From Candidatus Geocrenenecus huangii (lineage in GTDB: Archaea > Thermoproteota > Nitrososphaeria_A > Caldarchaeales > Wolframiiraptoraceae), in contig JALNLM010000007.1 in NCBI GenBank assembly GCA_023254095.1, positions 1 to 64,000 of the forward strand: DNA of 64,000 nt, given 5' to 3'. How positions within the stretch are numbered: the stretch's first letter is position 1; the number at the start of each line of letters is the position of its first letter. The notes under the pieces are model-generated. The model made no database searches. It was not told where the DNA came from and saw only the letters and a list, made by a program, of their open reading frames with translations. Of the stretch, positions 37,861 to 47,309 are shown in pieces. The translations under genes and the position numbers were made by a program.

Positions 37861-39289
37861 GCTCTAGCACCTCCTCTCTACTAGGCAAGTCTAGTTCTCT
37901 GACATCTACAAATCTGCCGTAGACTGCCGCGGCAGCAGCCATCAGGGGGCTTACTAGATGAGTTCTACCGCCTGGTCCCTGCCTATTCTCAAAATTTCTA
38001 TTAGAAGTGCTTGCAGACCTCTCTCCGGGTTTTAGTCTATCCTCATTCATAGCTATACACATGCTGCATCCAGGGTTTCTCCACTCGAATCCGGCATCGA
38101 TGAATATTCTATGGAGACCGAGTCTTTCAGCCGTTCTCTTGGTTAGCTGAGACCCTGGGACGACGAATGCTCTCACGTTATGCATAACTTTTCTACCTAA
38201 GGCGACCCTCGCAGCATCTAATAAGTCTGTCAACCTACCATTAGTACATGAACCAATAAAAACTACGTCGACTCCTATGTCTGTAATCTTTGTGCCTGGT
38301 CTCAACCCCATATAATCTAAAGCTCTTTCTATTGCATGTCTTTCATCTGGGTCGTCGAAATCCTTTGGGTCTGGTATTTCTTCACTGACTCCCAAGGTCA
38401 TAGCAGGGTTTGTACCCCACGTTACCTGGGGTTCTAGTTTATTTACACTAAACCTTATAATTTTATGATACTCTGCATCTGGGTCGCTTACGATTTTTTT
38501 CCAGTATTCTAGTGCTTCACCCCATTCATCATCGGCCGGAGCATATGGTCTGCCTTTAACATAATTGAATACCTGCTCGTCTGGAGAGATTATCGCTGTC
38601 CTCGCTCCCCCCTCTATCGCCATGTTGCATAATGTCATACGTTCCTCAACATTCATCCTTCTAATAGCTTCTCCATCATACTCCACTATGTATCCAATCC
38701 CTCCGCCTGTACCGATGTTCCTTATTATCCATAGGATTACATCCTTGGCTGTAACACCTTCAGATAGTTTTCCATCGAGTGTTATAAGCATCTTTCTAGG
38801 TTTCTTAAGCCATAACGTTTGTGTTGCTAATACATGTTCTCCCTCGCTCGTACCTATCCCGAATGCCAATGCACCCAATGCGCCATGCGTAGATGTATGA
38901 CTATCTCCGCATACTAGAGTTATTCCAGGAATTGTTAAGCCGAGCTCCGGTCCAATAACATGTACTATTCCCTGGTAGGGGCTATACAAGTCGAATAATG
39001 TTATTCCAAAATCTCTCGTATTCCTTTCTAGTGCAGCTATCTGTTTTGCGGATAATTCATCTCTTATCGGTTTTAGTCTATCTGTTGTAGGGACGTTATG
39101 GTCGGTTACGGCAAATGTAAGGTCCGGTCTACGAACTCTTCTATTCTTCTCTCTAAGTCCTTCAAAAGCCATGGGAGAAGTAACTTCGTGAGTTAAATGC
39201 CTGTCAACGTAGAGTAATGTTTCACCATCTTCTTTCTCATAGACTGTATGGATTTCCCAAATCTTATCGAAGATACTTCTACCCGCCAA
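37844..39289 (-). CDS. leuC: 3-isopropylmalate dehydratase large subunit (bacterial-type length)
   Basis: HEVTSP, CGDSHTSTHGA, GSCTNGR, GCSMC, STSNRNFENRQG. Confidence 0.95.
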   Translation of the reverse strand: MAGRSIFDKIWEIHTVYEKEDGETLLYVDRHLTHEVTSPMAFEGLREKNRRVRRPDLTFAVTDHNVPTTDRLKPIRDELSAKQIAALERNTRDFGITLFDLYSPYQGIVHVIGPELGLTIPGITLVCGDSHTSTHGALGALAFGIGTSEGEHVLATQTLWLKKPRKMLITLDGKLSEGVTAKDVILWIIRNIGTGGGIGYIVEYDGEAIRRMNVEERMTLCNMAIEGGARTAIISPDEQVFNYVKGRPYAPADDEWGEALEYWKKIVSDPDAEYHKIIRFSVNKLEPQVTWGTNPAMTLGVSEEIPDPKDFDDPDERHAIERALDYMGLRPGTKITDIGVDVVFIGSCTNGRLTDLLDAARVALGRKVMHNVRAFVVPGSQLTKRTAERLGLHRIFIDAGFEWRNPGCSMCIAMNEDRLKPGERSASTSNRNFENRQGPGGRTHLVSPLMAAAAAVYGRFVDVRELDLPSREEVLEHAGGY

Positions 39290-39426
39290 TTTTTCTCTCC
39301 CATATTTCTTGAGAATTCTTATTTAGGCTTTTACAATTTTTCCAACAAGTGTAGTCTTGAAAAGATCGATTATTTACTTTAAATGTTTATATCATTTACA
39401 GAAAGCAGTATATATGGTGAAAGATT

Positions 39427-40578
39427 ATGGATTTTAAGTTAACTGAAGAGCAGTTAGAGATAAAGAAAGCTGTAAGAGAATTTTGTGAGAAGGAATTTAA
39501 ACCCGAGCTGGCCGCCGAACTTGATGAGAAGGAAGAGTTCCCAATGGAGCTTTACAAGAAGGCTGCGAGCCTCGGGTTTGTAGGATTATCTTTTCCAGAA
39601 GAATATGGTGGTCAAGGATATGGGTATCTGGAGGCATGCTTAGTAATAGAAGAAATGTGTAGAGCTGATTCTTCACTCGGTCTAGCAGCGATGATAGGTA
39701 CTTTCGGAAGCGAGTTAATATTACGGCATGGAACAGAAGAACAAAAAGAAAACTATATCCCAAAGGTTGTAAGAGGGGAATACATATCGGCGGCTGCTTT
39801 CACAGAGCCTGCTCGGGGGAGCGACTTAACAAAGCTAGATACAATAGCGGTAAAATATGGTGGAGAATGGTGGATTAATGGAACCAAGACATTCATAACC
39901 AATGCTCCTATCGCGAACTTCATTATAGTATTATGTCAGACGGATACAAAAGTTAGGCCAACATACCGTGGACAAACATTGTTCGTTGTCGATAAAGGGA
40001 CTCCCGGACTTGAAGTAACAAAACAAAAACGAAAACTGGGGATTAGATGTACAGCTACGGGAGAAGTATCTTTGAGGGACGTTAAAGTATCAGACTGGAA
40101 TATGGTTGGAGAATTGAATAGAGGATTCTATCATTCAATGGAGTTCTTCGACCGTAGTAGAGTGATAGTTGCTGCGCAAGCCGTGGGGACAGCTCAAGGA
40201 GCATTCGAGATAGCCTTCAAATATGCTAAAACCAGAGAAGCATTCGGTCAACCAATAATACAATTTGAAGATATTGGGTGTAGATTAGCTGAAGCAGCTA
40301 CTAAGATAGAGGCGGCCCGACTCTTAACCTACAAGGCTGCATGGCTAATAGACCAAGGACAGATGGATCCAATGATTACCTCTATGGCTAAGCTTTACGC
40401 AGGCAGGGTGGCTGTCGAAACGGCTGACTTATCAATACAAGTATTGGGAGGATACGGATATATGGGGGATTACAGGGTAGAGAAATACTTCAGAGATGCT
40501 AAGATTACAGAAATATATGAAGGGACATCAGAGATACAGAGGTTAACTACACTGAAGCATCTATTGACTAAATTCTAA
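39427..40578 (+). CDS. Acyl-CoA dehydrogenase
   Basis: FTEPARGSD, NGTKTFITN, REAFG, GGYGY, IYEGTSEIQ. Confidence 0.95.
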   Translation: MDFKLTEEQLEIKKAVREFCEKEFKPELAAELDEKEEFPMELYKKAASLGFVGLSFPEEYGGQGYGYLEACLVIEEMCRADSSLGLAAMIGTFGSELILRHGTEEQKENYIPKVVRGEYISAAAFTEPARGSDLTKLDTIAVKYGGEWWINGTKTFITNAPIANFIIVLCQTDTKVRPTYRGQTLFVVDKGTPGLEVTKQKRKLGIRCTATGEVSLRDVKVSDWNMVGELNRGFYHSMEFFDRSRVIVAAQAVGTAQGAFEIAFKYAKTREAFGQPIIQFEDIGCRLAEAATKIEAARLLTYKAAWLIDQGQMDPMITSMAKLYAGRVAVETADLSIQVLGGYGYMGDYRVEKYFRDAKITEIYEGTSEIQRLTTLKHLLTKF

Positions 40579-40608
40579 AATATCTTAATATATGATCTAT
40601 TATGTGAG

Positions 40609-41406
40609 GTGGCGTGCATGTCGAAAGCTTATGAAACGATAAGAGTTGAAAGAGAGGATCGAATCGCCTGGATCATATTGAATAGACCTCATAGACTGAA
40701 TGCTCTAAATGATGTTATGATGGAGGAGCTCCTAGATGCTTTAACGACGATCGAGAATGACCCGGGTGTAAGAGCGGTTATAATAACAGGTGAAGGTGAT
40801 AGAGCCTTCAGCGCCGGCGCAGATGTAACTGCCTTCCCTAAAGCTACGCCGGTCACGGCTGAGGAACTTTCAAGGAAAGGTCAAAAAGTTTTCTCAATGA
40901 TTGAAGAGCTCTCCAAGCCTGTTGTAGCGGCTATTAATGGTTATGCATTAGGTGGAGGGCTGGAGTTAGCCTTAGCATGTGATTTCAGGATAGCTTCAGA
41001 GCATGCTGAATTAGGGAGCCCGGAGATAAATCTTGGGATAATTCCTGGTTGGGGAGGCACGCAGAAGCTGGTAAGAATAATTGGTTTAAGAAATGCTAAG
41101 AGGCTGGTAATGCTTGGGGAAAGATTGAAAGCTGAAGAAGCACTCCAGATAGGTTTGGTCGACAAAGTTGTACCTTTCGAGAAGCTTAGGGATGAAGCAA
41201 TGATTTTGGCTCAAAGGCTATCTGAGGGGCCACCGATAGCTTTGAAGTATGCTAAGTATGCTTTAAACTTCGGTAGTCAAGTCCCATTAGAAGTCGGTCT
41301 TAGACTCGAGTCAGCTCTCATGGCTCTACTCTTCTCTACAAACGACGTTAAGAGAGGGATAGAAGCATTTATGTCAAGATCAAAACCTGAGTTTAAAGGA
41401 GACTGA
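40609..41406 (+). CDS. Enoyl-CoA hydratase (crotonase)
   Basis: FSAGAD, ALGGGLELALACD, PEINLGIIPGWGGTQ. Confidence 0.94.
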   Translation: MACMSKAYETIRVEREDRIAWIILNRPHRLNALNDVMMEELLDALTTIENDPGVRAVIITGEGDRAFSAGADVTAFPKATPVTAEELSRKGQKVFSMIEELSKPVVAAINGYALGGGLELALACDFRIASEHAELGSPEINLGIIPGWGGTQKLVRIIGLRNAKRLVMLGERLKAEEALQIGLVDKVVPFEKLRDEAMILAQRLSEGPPIALKYAKYALNFGSQVPLEVGLRLESALMALLFSTNDVKRGIEAFMSRSKPEFKGD

Positions 41407-41441
41407 ATTGAAGAACATGGATTCTCATCCGAGATGAATGA

Positions 41442-42611
41442 TTGATGGGGAAGGTAGCTGTAATAGGAGTAGGACACAGCAAGTTTGGGGATAGGCAAGA
41501 AGTAAATGTTAAAGAGCTTGCATTCGAATCTGTTAAACCAGCTCTGGAGGAAGCTGGAATAACACGGAAAGATATTCCGTTTGTTTCCGTAGGATCGGTC
41601 GGGGTCTGGTACGAAGAACCTCTACCAGCAGTGGCAATCGCTGAATACTGTGGATTAACAGGCGCAGGACTAACTAGAGTAGAAGCAGCATGTGCAACTG
41701 GAAGCGCAGCGGTATATTCCGGGTACACGGCTATTGCGAGTGGATACGTAGATCTCGCGTTGGTTATCGGTGTCGAGAAGATGAGGGAAGTTGATACTTT
41801 CACTGCTGTAGAATTGATGGGTAGAGCAGGTTCATATTTGTGGGAATTTGAAAATTTCGGCTTAACTTTTCCAGGCTACTACGCTCTTTACGCTACAGCA
41901 TATATGAACAGATTTGGAGCAACTGAAGAAGACCTCGCATTGGTCGCTGTGAAGAATCATAAGTATGGAGCATTAAACCCCCTAGCTCAATTACAGAGAG
42001 AGATTACAGTTGAAGATGTATTGTCCTCGTATGTTGTTGCGTGGCCTCTTAAACTATATGATTGCTGCCCGATAACAGATGGAAGCGCAGCCATAGTATT
42101 AGCATCAGAGGAGAAAGTAAGAGAGCTAAGAATAGATGCACCTGTATGGATAGCGGGGATAGGATACTCTTCTGGAACGGGAACATTATCTTATAGAGGC
42201 GGTTTCATAGGATTGGATGCAGCTGTCAGAGCATCTAGAATGGCTTATAGTAGGTCTGGGGTAGAAGCTAAAGATATCGAGGTTGCCGAGGTTCATGATT
42301 GCTTTACGATAGCCGAGATAATGGCTTACGAGGATCTAGGCTTCTGTAATAGAGGAGAAGGCTTCAAGATAGTGAGGGAGGGACAAACAGAAATAGGTGG
42401 AAAGATCCCCGTAAATATTGATGGGGGATTGAAAGCTAAAGGGCACCCCATAGGAGCTACAGGTGTATCGATGATTGTAGAATTAACTAAACAGTTAAGA
42501 GAAGAGGTTAAGCCTAGGTCCCGCCAGGCTCCTATGAGAAATTATGTGGCCCTAGCTCATAACGTTGGCGGGACAGGCCACTATTGTTATGTAACCATTC
42601 TTAGAAGGTGA
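41442..42611 (+). CDS. Thiolase (archaeal/SCP2-type acetyl-CoA C-acyltransferase)
   Basis: EAACATG, EVHDCF, KGHPIGATG, HNVGG. Confidence 0.93.
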   Translation: MMGKVAVIGVGHSKFGDRQEVNVKELAFESVKPALEEAGITRKDIPFVSVGSVGVWYEEPLPAVAIAEYCGLTGAGLTRVEAACATGSAAVYSGYTAIASGYVDLALVIGVEKMREVDTFTAVELMGRAGSYLWEFENFGLTFPGYYALYATAYMNRFGATEEDLALVAVKNHKYGALNPLAQLQREITVEDVLSSYVVAWPLKLYDCCPITDGSAAIVLASEEKVRELRIDAPVWIAGIGYSSGTGTLSYRGGFIGLDAAVRASRMAYSRSGVEAKDIEVAEVHDCFTIAEIMAYEDLGFCNRGEGFKIVREGQTEIGGKIPVNIDGGLKAKGHPIGATGVSMIVELTKQLREEVKPRSRQAPMRNYVALAHNVGGTGHYCYVTILRR

Positions 42612-43057
42612 GCAGTGTGAGCGAGATCCCAGCAATACGTTCAAGAAAACTCGAAATAACATACAACATACCGATAAGTAAGACTAAGAAATTCTGGGAT
42701 GAGTTGAGAGAGGGAAAAATCTATGCCACAAAATGCAAGAAGTGTGGGAGACTATATTTTCCGCCTGTAGCAGATTGCGGAGAATGCTATTCTTCTGAAG
42801 TAGAATGGGTTGAGCTAAGCGGTGAAGGAGAACTCCTAACCTTTACTCACATAATCGTTAGACCTACAAGCTTCCAAGACCAGCAACCCTACACCGTTGC
42901 AATCGCTCAATTGAAAGAAGGTGTAAAAGCACTTGCATGGTTAACAGACGTTAAGAAGAAAGATATCAAGATAGGAATGAGGGTGAAGCTTGTTCCAAAA
43001 GTCTTTGAAGACGGGAGAGTTGCATACGAGTTTAAGCCTGCTGAAAAGAAAAAGTAA
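42608..43057 (+). CDS. DUF35 Zn-ribbon/OB-fold thiolase partner
   Basis: KCKKCG...PP...CGEC, WVELSGEG; overlaps the thiolase stop. Confidence 0.92.
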   Translation: MSSVSEIPAIRSRKLEITYNIPISKTKKFWDELREGKIYATKCKKCGRLYFPPVADCGECYSSEVEWVELSGEGELLTFTHIIVRPTSFQDQQPYTVAIAQLKEGVKALAWLTDVKKKDIKIGMRVKLVPKVFEDGRVAYEFKPAEKKK

Positions 43058-43113
43058 TGTGAGGCTGAAAAGTATATACGTGATAGAGTACAAAAATAGT
43101 CGAGGTGTAGCTT

Positions 43114-44304
43114 TTGGCTAAAGAGATCGAGAAAGTTGCAGTTATAGGAGCAGGGGTAATGGGGCATGGGATTTCACAGGTATTCGCTATGAAAGGCTAC
43201 AACGTGAATATCGTAGATGTAAGTGAAGAGATACTGAGGAAAGCTCTACAAAACATAGAGTGGAGTTTAAGTAAGTTCGCTGAGAAAAAGAGGATTAGGA
43301 AGGAAGATGTTGAAGCAGCTCTTTCAAGAATAAAGGCTACAACATCTTATGAAGAAGCGGTAAAAGATGTGGACTTTATGATAGAAGCCGTCTCAGAGAA
43401 CATAGAGCTCAAGAAGAAGATCTTCAGCAGGGTTGACCAGCTTGCTCCCCCTCACGCTATACTAGCATCGAATACTTCTACGTTGAGTATTAGCGAGATG
43501 GGTAGAGCGACTAGGAGGCCTGATAAGGTGGTCGGGATGCATTGGTTCAATCCACCTCAATTAATGCAGTTAATAGAGGTAATCAAGGGAGATGAAACGA
43601 GCGACGAGACCGTGGACAGTGTAGTAGAATTAAGTAAGAACCTCGGTAAAACACCTATATTATGCAGGAAAGACGTTAGAGGATTCATAGTTAACAGGAT
43701 CCTCGGCTTAGTATTCAATGAGGCTTTCTGGACTTATTACAGAAGAGAGGCAACGATAGAGGGCGTAGATTCATCTGTAAAGTATGGTGGAGGTTTCCCG
43801 ATGGGATGGTTCGAATTATGTGACTATGTTGGGCTAGATATCGCATATGAAGTAGGCAAAGTACTTTATGAGGCTTATGGGGAGAGATTCAAGCCTTGCC
43901 CAGAAGTTATAGAACCGCTTGTTAAGGAAAAGAAGCTTGGGCAGAAGGCGGGAATAGGCTTCTACGACTGGACTAAGGGGAGGCCTAGAATACCCTTTGA
44001 ACTATCAGATGAATACGATTATGAGAGGTCTTGGGCTGTAGCTGTGAATGAAGCTGCATGGATTATACACGATGATGTAGCAGATCCTGAAAGCATAGAT
44101 ACTGGCATGAAGCTTGGAACAGGATGGCCTCAGGGGCCATGTGAATACGCTGATAGGAAAGGATTAAACAACATTCTCAAAAAACTAAGAGAATTGTACG
44201 ACAAGTATAAAATGGAGATGTACAATCCGTGCCCGCTCCTTGTTGATTACGTGAAGAATGGATGGATTGGTAGATCAGCTGGAAGAGGATTCTACAAGTA
44301 TTAG
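43114..44304 (+). CDS. 3-hydroxyacyl-CoA dehydrogenase (two C-terminal domains)
   Basis: VIGAGVMG, IEAVSE, ASNTS, GMHWFNP, GFIVNRI, GRGFYKY. Confidence 0.94.
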   Translation: MAKEIEKVAVIGAGVMGHGISQVFAMKGYNVNIVDVSEEILRKALQNIEWSLSKFAEKKRIRKEDVEAALSRIKATTSYEEAVKDVDFMIEAVSENIELKKKIFSRVDQLAPPHAILASNTSTLSISEMGRATRRPDKVVGMHWFNPPQLMQLIEVIKGDETSDETVDSVVELSKNLGKTPILCRKDVRGFIVNRILGLVFNEAFWTYYRREATIEGVDSSVKYGGGFPMGWFELCDYVGLDIAYEVGKVLYEAYGERFKPCPEVIEPLVKEKKLGQKAGIGFYDWTKGRPRIPFELSDEYDYERSWAVAVNEAAWIIHDDVADPESIDTGMKLGTGWPQGPCEYADRKGLNNILKKLRELYDKYKMEMYNPCPLLVDYVKNGWIGRSAGRGFYKY

Positions 44305-44472
44305 CGAATTACCCCCTCATTTTATTTAAACCTCTGCATGTTTTTCTGAGACTTCACGTGTAGATGAGCGAGTCTTTGCATCTCCACAAGAGAGCCGAAA
44401 ATCACAACTAAGCACGGATTTTAAGAATCACGCGGTATCATACATTTCGTTGAAGCGTATGTTTGTCTCTAG

Positions 44473-45453
44473 TCAGGATCCCTTCTTTTTCACCTCCTTT
44501 ATTTTTCCTATAAGTAGGGGTACTATCTTGAATAGGTCTTCAACTACCCCATAGTGTGCTACGTTGAAGATTGGTGCATTCGGGTCCTTATTTATAGCTA
44601 TTATCAACTGTGAATTTTTCATACCTATTATATGTTGGAAGGCCCCGCTAATCCCCATCGCGAGATATAGCTTAGGTTTAACAGTCTTTCCAGATGAGCC
44701 GACTTGCCTCTCTGGTGGAAGCCATCCCTTATCCACAATGGGTCGAGAGCACGCTAGTACCCCTCCTAGAGTTTTGGCCAGTTCTTCAGCGATAGAGATG
44801 TTTGATTGGTCTTTAATCCCCCTACCAATTGCTACGAGTATGTCTGCAGACGATATGTCTACCTCACCGATTTTCGGAAGAACATAATCTATGAATCTTT
44901 TCTTGACAGTCTCAGCTATGCTTGGTGGAGGTAGCTCAACTACTTCTCCTTTAAGGTTTTCTTCACGAGCTGTGATTACTCCTTGCCTAATAGTCGCAAT
45001 ATAGCCTTCGGATTTTTTCAGATGAACTCTAGCGTTTATCTTTCCGCCATACATTTGGCGGACTGCGGTAAGCCTACCATCCAAGAGATCCACATCTAAG
45101 CAATCTGTTACAAGAGGTGTGTTCAAGGATACAGCAAGACTCGGAGCAAGATCGACCCCATAGGATGTATGACCGATCAATGTTAAGATAGGCTTCATCT
45201 CTCTAATAATTTTAGATAATGCCTGTTGATAGAGGTCAGAGTTGAAGAACTCGAATCTATCGTCATCTATGACTAAAACTCTATCAGCGTATCTGGCTAA
45301 GATCTCCGCTGACTTTCTTATATTCTTCCCTAGAATGATTGTAGATAATCTCGAACCGTTTTTCTCAACTATCTCCCTCCCCTTAGTTAGCATCTCGAAG
45401 GTTATCTCTCTTATCTCTCCTCTTCTATGTTCTGCTAATACGAAGATATCCAT
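44473..45453 (-). CDS. etfA: Electron transfer flavoprotein alpha subunit
   Basis: RQVGSSGKTVKP, GISGAFQH, AINKD. Confidence 0.95.
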   Translation of the reverse strand: MDIFVLAEHRRGEIREITFEMLTKGREIVEKNGSRLSTIILGKNIRKSAEILARYADRVLVIDDDRFEFFNSDLYQQALSKIIREMKPILTLIGHTSYGVDLAPSLAVSLNTPLVTDCLDVDLLDGRLTAVRQMYGGKINARVHLKKSEGYIATIRQGVITAREENLKGEVVELPPPSIAETVKKRFIDYVLPKIGEVDISSADILVAIGRGIKDQSNISIAEELAKTLGGVLACSRPIVDKGWLPPERQVGSSGKTVKPKLYLAMGISGAFQHIIGMKNSQLIIAINKDPNAPIFNVAHYGVVEDLFKIVPLLIGKIKEVKKKGS

Positions 45454-45455
45454 GG

Positions 45456-46244
45456 CTAGATCAGCCCCCTTGACTTGATGATCTCGATGATCTTGGAAAC
45501 GATTTCTTCGGGAGAACCCGTAATGAATTCTGCTTTCCTTTCTACCGGTGGGATGCTCAATTCAGATATATGTATCCAAGAATTTTCAATTCCCACATCC
45601 AAATCGCTTAAACCTAGATCATCTATAGAGTATACTTTGATTTCTTTCTTCATAGCCTTCTTGATCCCCATGATTGATACGTATCTTGGCTCGTTGATAC
45701 CTGTCTGAATTGTTATAAGAGCAGGAAGCTCGACCTCGACTACTTCTTCCAGTCCTCCTTCTAGTTCTCTATTAACGAGAGCGTGTTTGTCTTTAAACCC
45801 AATCTTTTTAGCAAGGGTTACATGTGGTATATCTAGGAGCTCTGCTAGGGCTGGACCGATAAACGAGTATTCATCATCACTTGATTGAGCTCCCGTTAAA
45901 ACGAGGTCGAAAGATATCTGTTTTATGGCTCTTGAGAGGATCTTGGCTACTATGAACGGGTCTGAGTAGTTTATTCTTTTATCCGTTATTCTTATAGCTT
46001 TGTCTGCTCCTTTAGCTAAACATTTTCTAAGTGTACTATCTACTCCTTCATCTCCAACAGTTACCACTGTTACATTTCCTCCATTTCTCTCTTTAATTCT
46101 TATAGCTTCTTCAACAGCATAATCATCCCATTCATTTATATCGAATACTAGACCACTCTTTTCAATATTTTTTCCACTTTTATCAATTTTTAACTCGACT
46201 TCGGTTGTTTCAGGAACATGTTTAACACATACAACGATCTCCAT
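45456..46244 (-). CDS. etfB: Electron transfer flavoprotein beta subunit
   Basis: IVVCVKHVP, INEWD..AVEEA, INEPRY; ATG at 46244 preferred over 46310. Confidence 0.94.
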   Translation of the reverse strand: MEIVVCVKHVPETTEVELKIDKSGKNIEKSGLVFDINEWDDYAVEEAIRIKERNGGNVTVVTVGDEGVDSTLRKCLAKGADKAIRITDKRINYSDPFIVAKILSRAIKQISFDLVLTGAQSSDDEYSFIGPALAELLDIPHVTLAKKIGFKDKHALVNRELEGGLEEVVEVELPALITIQTGINEPRYVSIMGIKKAMKKEIKVYSIDDLGLSDLDVGIENSWIHISELSIPPVERKAEFITGSPEEIVSKIIEIIKSRGLI

Positions 46245-46373
46245 AGAAGGATCCCTCCCTACAGATGTTTTACATAAAGTATTGTTCGAGTACATGATAT
46301 AAGTTTTCAATATGTTCAGATGAATGGAAGTACATATCGGTAAATATTATTAACTCTCTACTCAAAAGAAATA

Positions 46374-47303
46374 GTGAAGAATGAGGTGGCTACAACTCTG
46401 GGAACGGTAGACTTCCATGTCCATCCTATTCCAAGATTAATAAATGAAAAAGAGTTATCGAGAGAAATCGACAGGTCGAAAATAGATGTAGCCGTTCTAT
46501 TAGCTCTGGATGTTGATTCGAGTTATCTTGAAGATAAGCATATCTCGAGTAGGATCCTCCAAGAATGTATATGGGCTAGCAACTTGAATTGTCTAGGTTG
46601 CCTAGAAAACGTTAAAGAAATTCTTCGAACATCTTATACGAGCAATGAATATGTTGCAAAGCTAGCCAAGAATAATCCGAGCAAGTTTATCGGAGTAGGA
46701 TCCGTAAACCCCTCTAAAAGCATCTCATATGTAAAAGATAAGTTGAAAGAAGTTAAGAACCTTGATTTAGCGGGTGTTAAGCTTATTCCGACACTCCAAT
46801 TCTTTAATCCATTAAAAGAAAAAGATAAGCTTCAGAAGATCTTCGAATTCTGTGAAGATGAAGAAAAGATAATTATCTTCCATACAGGATGCGACCCATC
46901 AATATGGGAAGAGCCTGCTTTCTCTCAAAACGCTAATCCAGCGGTCCTCGAACATTATGTTAGAAAATTTAAGAATGTCCCGATCGTGCTGGCCCATATA
47001 GGTTCGTATAGTCGAAAATATCCAGGAATCTGGCTTGAAGAAGCTCTCCAGTTAGGAAAAAAATACAATAATGTCTGGTTCGATATCTCAGCTGTTCCAT
47101 ATCTATTAGTAGATAGAAAGTATGTTGAGAAAATATCTAGAGAGGTGGGTTGGGATAGAATATTATTCGGGTCGGATTACCCAGTAGTCTGGGGCTCAAA
47201 TATATCTACTGTGGTAGATTTTATCCAGGTCGGTACCCCACTCTCAGAGAATGATTTAGAAAAGGTGATGTATTTGAACGCTTTGAAGCTTCTAGGGTTA
47301 TGA
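46374..47303 (+). CDS. Amidohydrolase_2-family protein
   Basis: DFHVH, FHTG, LAHIG, FDIS, LFGSDYP. Confidence 0.88.
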   Translation: MKNEVATTLGTVDFHVHPIPRLINEKELSREIDRSKIDVAVLLALDVDSSYLEDKHISSRILQECIWASNLNCLGCLENVKEILRTSYTSNEYVAKLAKNNPSKFIGVGSVNPSKSISYVKDKLKEVKNLDLAGVKLIPTLQFFNPLKEKDKLQKIFEFCEDEEKIIIFHTGCDPSIWEEPAFSQNANPAVLEHYVRKFKNVPIVLAHIGSYSRKYPGIWLEEALQLGKKYNNVWFDISAVPYLLVDRKYVEKISREVGWDRILFGSDYPVVWGSNISTVVDFIQVGTPLSENDLEKVMYLNALKLLGL

Positions 47304-47309
47304 TGTAGT

